From positions 1-7,978 of the forward strand of contig NW_021828585.1 in NCBI RefSeq assembly GCF_006345805.1: DNA of 7,978 bases. Direction: 5' to 3'. This document shows positions 1 to 7,385 of this stretch, in pieces. Each line of letters starts with the position of its first letter. Within the stretch, counting starts at the first letter, position 1. The stretch is from Octopus sinensis. Its lineage: Eukaryota. The notes below the pieces were generated by a model, which did no database searches, was not told where the DNA came from, and saw only the letters and a program-made list of their open reading frames with translations. The position numbers were made by a program, and so were the translations under genes.

Positions 1-119
1 GCACGCACACACACACACACATACACACATACACACACACACACACACACACATACACACACACAAATATGTATACATATATACATAAACACACACATAC
101 ATATATATATATACACATA
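1..119. repeat. (CA)n/(TA)n compound microsatellite
   Basis: Directly visible dinucleotide runs. Confidence 0.95.
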
Positions 120-120
120 C

Positions 121-157
121 GTAGGCGCAGGAGTGACTGTGTGGTAAGTAGCTTGCT
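121..157 (+). mobile_element. 5' head fragment of a tRNA-derived SINE (A-box side), interrupted by the 158-2772 insertion
   Basis: gtaggcgcaggagtgactgtgtggtaagtagcttgct contains A-box-like tgactgtgtgg (134-144). The sequence resumes at 2773 (aagtagtttgcttaccaaccacatggttccgggttcagtccc), which supplies the B box. Confidence 0.8.
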
Positions 158-169
158 AACGGTTGCTTC

Positions 170-220
170 TGCGCATGTGCGAGTCAGTGTTGTGTTTGGC
201 ACTGAAGCGGTGAAGACGTG
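170..220 (+). promoter_or_regulatory. Possible internal Pol II promoter of the element (NRF-1-like box, Inr, DPE-like)
   Basis: tgcgcatgtgcg (170-181), TCAGT (184-188), AGACGTG (214-220). AGACG starts at +29 from the Inr A, one base off the canonical +28. Confidence 0.3.
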
Positions 221-1238
221 CTATTGAAGCCGTCTTGAATTGAAAACTTTGGAAGCCCCATGTAAGGTAAGATTCTGTTTTCTGGGTCCAGTGGGAGTTT
301 TTGTTGAGAATTGTTTTTTACAGGCAGGAAGTCCTACTGGATTCAGAATTCTGATTCTGCCGACATGTGGCAAATATATTTTTCTCGCTGAGAAAAATTT
401 TTGGGGGCGTATCCGTCTCCGATAAATTGAGTAAATATTTTTCTCATGTAATTGTGAGAATTGTATTGTGCTGTGAAGAACTTTTATGAATTGTGAAAAC
501 TACTATATAGGGGAGTATTTTGCCTCCGAAGTTTGAACAATTTTTACCAATTTTACACCAATTTTTGTGGAAGTTGTGCGTTCCTGGTTCAATTTAGGCC
601 GGGAGTAAAGAAAAAAGACCAAAAACGGAAAGTTGTCGAGGTAAGTGATTTTGTTTATTGTGAGTTGGGCATAATTTATTGCGAGCCAATTATTATTTCA
701 GTAAGTTGTGTCCAAGTCTGAGACAATTTCGCCTGCTCTAGGCGGCTGCCGTTTTTGTGTTCATTGAAAAAAAACAGAAAAAACAGTGGAGGGGCGTATC
801 CTCAGAATTCAATACAGTTACTGTTAAAATTACCGTTGGCGGTAGCCAAGTGGTGTGTTTGGGTTTTTGTTGTGAATTTATTCCCTTGTCAGAGTACTTC
901 GCAAGAAAAGTATAAAAATAAGCCACTATTGGATTACCTTTCGGACCCATTTTTTTGTGGAGGTTGTGTTGCAGGTTGCGCGTTCCAGGTTCAACCCAGG
1001 CCGGGAGTACCGCAAGGCCAGAATATTTTTGCTGTGTTTTTTCTGTTTATTAATTTCTTTTGAACTTCATTTAACCCCCCCCCCTTTTGTTTTTTTCTTT
1101 ATTGCGACTTTCCGTTAATTTCTTCCCTTCTGTTGTGCTTTCTCCTTTTTGTTTTTCAAAAATCTATCAAATTTTTATTTGGACTTTTGAACTTTTTTCT
1201 TCCTGCTTTTGAGTTTAATTTGAATATATTTTAAAAAA

Positions 1239-2479
1239 ATGGCAATGAAAAATAACAAAATTTTGGAGTGGGAATCATAATACCACCAAAAAGTGGTTAA
1301 AAGACCGTGAAGATAGGACGGTGGTGTTGAGAGCCTACTCCAAGGCACTTGACACCATCGCCCTATTCGAAAAGACGGCAATTGAAAAGGAGTTGGAAGA
1401 GTATTTGCCAACAATTAAATTCATTTCCAGGGGTGTCAAATATGCAACGGTGTGGTTGCTATTTGACACCCCTGAAGAGGCTTGCAAATTTGCTAGCAAA
1501 CCCTTGGAGGGTAAGGAAATCTTATTCCTGCCCACGTACAAAAAAAAAATAAATTGATGAAAGCTTGGATCTGCGGACTGCCACCCGACATAGAACCCGA
1601 GTGGATAGAGGAGACTATCCGCCGGGGTCTGGGTGACAGCGAAACTAAGCTCCTCATGTAAAAGTTCTTCCTGCGGCTGCTTGGGTTGGGTCAAAAGCAA
1701 TTTTGACCCTGTGGACCCAATCAGCCAATCTGGTTCTTCCAGATTTTTTGAAATGGCGGGTGCAGGTACCCGGTGATGCTTGAGGGTCGCCCCCGCTAGG
1801 TGTCATCGGTGCTTGGAGTCCGGCCACATAAAGAAGAAGTCCTCGGGACAAAAATAGGATCCCGGAACAGTTAAGTAAAACCCTCTAGAAGAGGGAACGA
1901 TAACGGCCGAGAAAGCAGAGGACTCCTCAAACAGAGGCCGAAAGAGGAAGGTGAGCAACAATGGGTGCTCACCAAAGGATAATAGGGATGAGGAGAGGAA
2001 GGCGAATCTTCCAGCCACGGAGGAGACGCACCCTCCCTCAGTTGAAAAGGGTAAAAAAAGAAAAAGAGGAAAAAAACGGGACATTACCGGCTGTCAGTGT
2101 AGCACCGGAATGTCCCGGAACTACGTCGATTGGGGTTGCGCCACCGACAAGAGAAGGAATACCGTTGGCGGATACTGTGCCGCCAACGAAAGAACTTAAC
2201 GTATTGGTCCTCTTCTATAGAGCAGGAGAAATTGAAAAAGTGATGGAAGAGCACTACAAGGGAGCACCTTTAGCCTTCACACAGGACCCCGAATGGCCTC
2301 CGCAGGTAGCTGTGGAGGCCGTGGCGTTCGACATGACGCTTGGGCTAAAGGAGCTCAATGAAGATTATAACTTGGTCCCGGGCGACGCGAACTCGGAACT
2401 TGACTACGTTCTGAGGGAGGCGTGGTTGATGGTGGAGGGCGCGGGCACAAGCTATTTCGAGGACGATATGTATTATTAG
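1239..2479 (+). pseudogene. Disrupted LINE ORF1 (gag-like nucleic-acid-binding protein, ~410 aa reconstructed)
   Basis: Reconstructed across ~6 frameshifts (~1250, ~1545, ~1653, ~1760, ~1795, ~2050-2080) and 2 in-frame stops (1855, 1876): MAMK/ITKFWSGNHNTTKKWLKDREDRTVVLRAYSK...LFLPTY/LMKAWICGLPPDIEPEWIEETIRRGL/HVKVLPAAAWVGSKAILTLW...LPDFLKW/YPVMLEGRP/RCHRCLESGHIKKKS, then a K/E/P-rich linker and the C-terminal region of ORF 1961..2479. EGRP-x-C-x2-C-x4-H-x4-(C>S) matches the Tx1/L1 ORF1 zinc-knuckle context. Confidence 0.75.
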
Positions 2480-2598
2480 TAATGGACTTAAGTCCAAAAA
2501 TTGAAAATTGTAAGAGGATTAATACTCGTTTTGTATTAATAATGGACTGCTAAGTCCAAAAATTGGAAAAATTGTAAGAGGTTTAATACCTCGTTTTG
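2474..2598 (+). repeat. Two diverged ~60-65 bp tandem copies at the start of the 3' UTR
   Basis: tattagtaatggacttaagtccaaaaattgaaaattgtaagaggattaatactcgttttg (2474-2533) vs tattaataatggactgctaagtccaaaaattggaaaaattgtaagaggtttaatacctcgttttg (2534-2598). Confidence 0.9.
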
Positions 2599-2772
2599 TG
2601 TTTATCTTTAAAAAGAACAATGTTTTAGAGAAGCCAAAGTCGGCGGGCGCTTTTTGTCTTCTCCCATCCTTATCATCTTTCTTTCATTATCATTCACCTC
2701 ATTAATGTCCTCGTCCAGCCCGCAAAGCTAACTTAATCTGTGTACTGCCTTTATGGCAAATGTTTTGAAATA

Positions 2773-3161
2773 AAGTAGTTTGCTTACCAACCACATGGTT
2801 CCGGGTTCAGTCCCACTGCGTGGCACTTTGGGCGAGTGTCTCCTACTATAGCCTCGGGCCGACCAAAGCCTTGTTAGTGGATTTGCTAGACGGAAACTGA
2901 AAGAAACCCGCCGTATATTTGTATATGTATATATATATGGTGTGTGTGTGTGTTTTCTTTGTGTGTCTGTGTTTGCCCCCCCCCCAACATCGCTTGACAA
3001 CCGATGCTGGTGCGTTTACGTCCCCGTAACTTAGCAGTTCGGCAAAAGAGCCCGATAGAATAAGTACTAGGCTTACAAAGAATATGTCCTGGGGTCGATT
3101 TTCTCGACTAAAGGTGGTGCTCCAGCATGGCCGCAGTCAAATGACCGAAAAGAGTAAAAGA
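2773..3161 (+). mobile_element. Body and 3' tail of the tRNA-derived SINE begun at 121
   Basis: B box gggttcagtccc (2803-2814), internal (TA)/(TG) tract (~2912-2970), tail cgatagaataagtac...ggggtcgat...gctccagcatggccgcagtcaaatga...gtaaaagag. The cgataRaataagtac and ggggtcgat motifs recur in the minus-strand SINEs at 5130-5578. Resembles abundant octopus SINEs from recall. Confidence 0.85.
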
Positions 3162-3162
3162 G

Positions 3163-3166
3163 ATAC

Positions 3167-3216
<50 letters not shown>

Positions 3217-3290
3217 GTGTGCGCACATTTATATATGTATGTGTGTGTGTATGTTAGTATAAACTCATACACACATACGTACATACATTT
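3163..3290. repeat. (TA)n/(TG)n/(CA)n microsatellite
   Basis: Directly visible. Confidence 0.9.
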
Positions 3291-3294
3291 ATAA

Positions 3295-3600
3295 TAACCG
3301 ACATTCCATCGGTTACAACGAAGAGTGTTCCAAATGATCAGGTCAAAAGAACAGCCTGCTAGTGAAATCAACGTACAAGTGGCTGAATATTCCACAGACA
3401 CTCGTACTTTTATCGTAGTTCTCAGGGAGATTCAACGTGATACAAACTGTGACAAGACTGGCCCTTTGAATTAGAGGTAAAACTTATTTTTGCCGGCTGA
3501 GTGGAAATAAAGTATCCTGCTCGGGGGTACAGCGTACCGCTGAGAATCGAACCCACCACTATATGAGCGTAAGCCGAATACACTAACCACAAACCACGCA
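3295..3600 (-). mobile_element. Diverged full-length tRNA-derived SINE of a second family
   Basis: Minus strand has A-box-like tggtttgtggttag (3596-3583) and B box gggttcgattctc (3554-3542), followed by a ~250 nt body (...ccactcagccggcaaaaataag...aaagggccagtcttgtcac...ctccctgagaactacg...) that resembles an octopus SINE body from recall. Confidence 0.7.
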
Positions 3601-3627
3601 ACTTTGCTCGTATGCTCATATAAATGC

Positions 3628-3636
3628 GTGTGTTAC

Positions 3637-3669
<33 letters not shown>

Positions 3670-3720
3670 GTGTGTGTGTGCGCGTGTGTGTGTGTCTGTG
3701 TGTCTGTGTGTGTGTGCTTT
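3628..3720. repeat. (TG)n microsatellite
   Basis: Directly visible. Confidence 0.95.
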
Positions 3721-3877
3721 ATGCGCCTGTGCGTAAGTATGTGTGTTTGATTGTCCAACTTGATGCCGGAATGAACACGAAGTATGAAAGCAGATTATGG
3801 CAACGGGCTTACAGCGTGTCATAGGCATTTTTGACCACGTGAAACTCATCCTTCTCCTGGTTTGACCACTACTGATT

Positions 3878-3975
3878 CCTCATTCTCCTCTTCCTTCTTC
3901 TTCTTCTTCTTAGAGCGTGAGTGAGAGAGAAGATGGGGTGAGAGAGAGGGGAAGAAAGTGAGAGATAGAAAGATA
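3878..3975. repeat. (CTT)n followed by GA-rich low-complexity tract
   Basis: Directly visible. Confidence 0.85.
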
Positions 3976-4039
3976 GAAAATCGTATGCACACGTACATAT
4001 CCCACATACTTGCGTCCATACATATAGACATACGCGTAC

Positions 4040-4106
4040 ATACATATACATGTGTGTGTGTGTCTATATGTATTATGTATGTATATATATATATATATAT
4101 TTATAT

Positions 4107-4172
<66 letters not shown>
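4040..4172. repeat. (TG)n/(TA)n microsatellite
   Basis: Directly visible long TA run. Confidence 0.95.
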
Positions 4173-4173
<1 letters not shown>

Positions 4174-4550
4174 AGAAGACTGTAAAGTAGGCGCGGTATA
4201 GATATTCAAATATCTATAGTGTAGTACTCAGAGAGATGAGAACTTAAAATCCCACCTCTTCCGACGTCGCTATAAGCAATAAGAACGTTATTCATCAAGC
4301 TGTCATTGGGGTAGGAAACCAGACAAGCACAAATTGGCTTAATACATATATTTACATGGAATGCAAAATACAGGTTACAGATATAAACAAATGTAAGTAA
4401 ACGAAAAGAATTATGTGACAGTCTTATCTTGACAGCTGTTTCAGAAACAGTATGATCTATGTCACTACCACATTCATACGCAATAAAGACCCACGATGCA
4501 GACAGATAATCAAAATATTTCAATATTGGTCAACCCATTCTTTTACTCAC

Positions 4551-4956
4551 AGTCAAGAGCTTCCAATGTGCAAGTTTGTGCAAGATATTTTGCGGAAGAC
4601 ACTGCCTTGCCCATATATTCACGTCTCGTAACTCCACGCCATCGAGGTTTATCGACGTGAAAGGCAGCTTCGTTGGTGCATATAGACCCAGACCCCAATA
4701 TCCATGCAGTTATTAATATCAGAACGCAAAGATACGAAATATGTACCACAAAGTAACTTTGCTGATCCTCTGAAAAATCCATCACTCCATTACATTGCAT
4801 TACTACGCTTGTAAAGATCGATTACTTACCAAAAAAAAACCATAACCGAAGACAATACAGGGAGAAAGTAGGCCCTGTCACTTGTGGCGGCATTCTCCGT
4901 ACGTACCACCCTAGGTATATTAGCCATGAATAAGCTAGGATCAAGAGTTGGTAGAT
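4551..4956 (-). other. Candidate pair of host coding exons (4956-4830 and 4769-4551), product unknown
   Basis: Minus-strand cacag|ATC acceptor, TG|GTAAGT donor, 60-nt intron, ttttcag|AG acceptor and ACT|GTGAGT donor. The phases are compatible (phase 1) and the 219-nt second exon is open. No recognisable protein family. Confidence 0.2.
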
Positions 4957-5129
4957 CTGTGAAACATCTCGTGAATAAATGACCAGCAACTCTGTAGCTA
5001 CAGACAATAGAGTTACAAACACTGAATATGTTGCCTTTCGAAGAGGAATGTATCAAGCGGATAGCCTCGTCTAGTGCTAATACACTTCTCCAAGATGTTA
5101 CACAAAACTAGGCTGAGTTTCAAATATCG

Positions 5130-5305
5130 GTTTCAAATCTTGGCTCAAGGCCAGAAATTTGGATGAAGGGGCTCAACTGGTACTTATTTTATCGACCCTG
5201 AAAAATTGAAAGGCACAGCCGACATCGGTGGAATTTGGGCACAGAGCGTAAATACGGAAGTAATGCTGGTAAGCATCTAATCCGGCGTGCTAACGATTCT
5301 GCCAG
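5130..5305 (-). mobile_element. tRNA-derived SINE (third family) with 20-bp target-site duplication
   Basis: Minus strand ctggcagaatcgttagcacgccgg...gggtcgataaaataagtaccagttgag...ggccttgagccaagatttgaaacc. Flanked by identical aggctgagtttcaaatatcg at 5110-5129 and 5304-5323. Confidence 0.85.
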
Positions 5306-5314
5306 GCTGAGTTT

Positions 5315-5420
5315 CAAATATCGACCCCAAAAAGATGAAGATACAAAGTTGAGTACGGCGTGATTTGAACTCAGAATACAAAGAGCAGGAAGAGATACTG
5401 CAAGGCGTATTGCCCACCTT
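5315..5420 (-). mobile_element. Older, deleted copy of the same SINE family
   Basis: Minus-strand B box ctgagttcaaatcac (5374-5360) followed by ...ttcatctttttggggtcgata. Confidence 0.65.
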
Positions 5421-5429
5421 ACAGTTTCT

Positions 5430-5578
5430 TACAGTTTCATCATCTCACAGTCCTGGATTGGTATGTTTTTATACTGACCTCCAAAGGATGAAAATTCAAG
5501 GAGGACTTCTGTGGGATTTGAACTCAGAGAGCCGGGAATCGAAACAAATACAGATGACTGTGCCAATTCACCGTCTTC
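5430..5578 (-). mobile_element. Third, diverged copy of the same SINE family
   Basis: Minus strand gaagacggtgaattggca head, B box ctgagttcaaatccc (5527-5513), then ttttcatcctttggaggtcag. Confidence 0.65.
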
Positions 5579-5924
5579 GGCCTTTTATTTTGTGCAAGGA
5601 TTTTGGGATCTTATTATCTAACAACTCCTTTTCAAGGATGTCTTATTCAAGTGAGATACAACTGCTAAATCGACAATTCTAGGAACAACGTAAAGGTACC
5701 TTCATCGGCTGGACATTTTGTTGCTATGCTTAGCAGGTTGAGTGACTATGTATGAGAAATTTGTTAGCCGTTAGTTATCTTTTATGGCTCAATGGTGTGA
5801 GCCATAATGGGATTGGATGTTCTGAATTTGGGAACTAAGTGTTTCATGGTTAGCTGCAATAGTTTTATCGTGAGTGTATCAATCGTGATCTGGAAGTACG
5901 AACATCACAGCCTCTTTTTCTTCT

Positions 5925-5987
5925 ATCTCCCTCTCTCCCCTTCTCTCTCTCTCTCTTTTTCTCAATCTGTCTGTCTATCTATCTATC

Positions 5988-6023
<36 letters not shown>

Positions 6024-6043
6024 CTATCTATCTATCTGCTGTC

Positions 6044-6075
<32 letters not shown>

Positions 6076-6134
6076 TCTGTCGATCGATCGATCTATCTAT
6101 CTATATATCTATCTATCCATCGATCTATCTATCA

Positions 6135-6204
<70 letters not shown>

Positions 6205-6313
6205 TTAGGTAGCTCTCTGTCTGTCTATCTAGCTATCACTCTCACTCAGCGACACCCACACTCACAGACATACACACACACATTCATTCTCTCTCTCTCT
6301 CTCTCTCTCTCTT
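5925..6313. repeat. (CT)n/(TCTA)n/(CTGT)n/(CA)n compound microsatellite
   Basis: Directly visible. Confidence 0.95.
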
Positions 6314-6504
6314 TCTAGGATACACTTTCTCCTTTAATCTCTCTGTTAATCACGTAAAGACTCCCTTGTTTAGCACGTTTCCGTACAGACGTTCTAAAGA
6401 CGGTAACAAAGATAGCAAGTACCTTCTATAAACTTGGTTCTGAATAAAAGTAATGACGAATTGTCCAGAATCTATCTTCGTCGTCGTTAAAAGAACACAT
6501 CCTA

Positions 6505-6518
6505 ACACACACACACAC

Positions 6519-6555
<37 letters not shown>

Positions 6556-6690
6556 CACATACACATACACGCACATACACATACACACACACGCACATAC
6601 ACATACACACACATACACGCACATACACATATATACACAAATAAACATACAGACATGCTCACAGGTACACATATGCACACAAGCACTACA
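6505..6690. repeat. (CA)n microsatellite with interspersed cgca/cata variants
   Basis: Directly visible. Confidence 0.95.
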
Positions 6691-6966
6691 CGACTAAGTC
6701 TTTAAAAACTGTTTCATTTTGGATTTATTCCAAAGTAAGACACAAATGTCTTTTTAGAATCAGGCGATACAAACGTCTGACCAATTTTCGCCGCAAACAA
6801 AAGGCTTTTGAAAAACAGAAAATCACCGTTGTCATTATCTAGACACAAAAGAGAGGCTGCACCTGTAAAATGAACTTTCATTGTGAAACGATGTTTAATA
6901 AGAAACAAGCCTTCACTATTAACCTTCGATGTCAACACCAGCTCCAGCCTCAACACAAATATTAAC

Positions 6967-7092
6967 ACACAATGTCGTCTAGTAAACAAACTGTGGAAGC
7001 CTCTATGATATACAATGTCATCTAGTAAACAAACTATGGAAGCCTCTATGATACACAAGGTCATCTAGTAAACAAACTATGGAAGCCTCTAT
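6967..7092. repeat. 43-bp minisatellite, ~3 copies
   Basis: Unit acacaatgtc(g/a)tctagtaaacaaact(g/a)tggaagcctctatgat. tctag anchors at 6978, 7021 and 7064, with no spacers. Confidence 0.95.
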
Positions 7093-7093
7093 A

Positions 7094-7385
7094 TCGGGGC
7101 TACTCAACGATTTTATTTGTGGACCCTTTGATTGTAATTCTATCCTAGCCATTAAATATTCCTATTTTATTGTTCACATATTAACTTCTGCACGTTGACC
7201 TATGTAAAATGTAAGAGAAAGAAACCTAGCTGTTTCTTGCGATAAGTTCCAATAAATACATCAAAAGCAAAACTTTTTCAGGGGTCCTTAAACATCTATT
7301 GTAAATCCCCAATTTACTAATATGTTACGTGGACCACCAAAAGTCTGATATGGACCCCCATAAACATTGGCTGCTTAAAAACTAG
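7094..7385 (+). mobile_element. Degenerate MITE-like repeat, possibly hAT-derived (copy 1)
   Basis: Starts cggggctactcaac (loosely like hAT/Charlie CAGGGGTTCTCAAC termini) and has ggaccc/ggggtcc subterminal motifs. Aligns with 7805-7978. Confidence 0.45.

Larger units (their letters stand above)
158..2772 (+). mobile_element. Non-autonomous non-LTR retroelement encoding only ORF1 (Tx1/L1-like, HAL1-type architecture)
   Basis: Flanked by direct repeats aagtagcttgct (146-157) and aagtagtttgct (2773-2784), 1 mismatch. Layout is ~1.08 kb 5' UTR, decayed gag-like ORF1 (1239-2479), ~290 nt 3' UTR ending in AATAAA (2769-2774). No LTRs, TIRs, endonuclease or RT sequence seen. Confidence 0.75.

Noticed and set aside
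240-1414. Short ORFs in the element 5' UTR (240..425, 533..721, 738..950, 755..1063, 1175..1414)
   Set aside because: Short, often with non-ATG starts and low-complexity F/K/V composition; no recognisable domain.
158-2772. LTR retrotransposon, DNA transposon or Helitron interpretation of the insertion
   Set aside because: No terminal direct or inverted repeats, no PBS/PPT and no TC...CTRR ends; the TSD is longer than 4-6 bp.
3805-3910. Possible minus-strand exon (polypyrimidine tract then ...DEFHVVKNAYDTL|GTAAGC)
   Set aside because: All three frames hit stops between the pyrimidine-tract acceptor and the donor, and the nearer AG lacks a pyrimidine tract.
3108-4209. ORFs rich in HT/VC/YI repeats (3108..3401, 3616..3849, 3624..3824, 3910..4209, 3958..4185)
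   Set aside because: Open frames generated by CA/TG/TA microsatellites and SINE sequence; no coding signal.
5365-5682. ORF 5365..5682 (105 aa)
   Set aside because: Mostly the antisense strand of two decayed SINE copies.
5807-6686. ORFs 5807..6208, 6350..6640, 6426..6686, 6453..6644
   Set aside because: Translations of (TCTA)n and (CA)n repeats.
6757-6842. Basic plus-strand peptide IRRYKRLTNFRRKQKAFEKQKITVVII* after tttttag
   Set aside because: Only 28 codons, no upstream partner exon on that strand and no recognisable homology.
6967-7092. CRISPR-like array
   Set aside because: Contiguous 43-bp units with no unique spacers, eukaryotic context and no cas genes.
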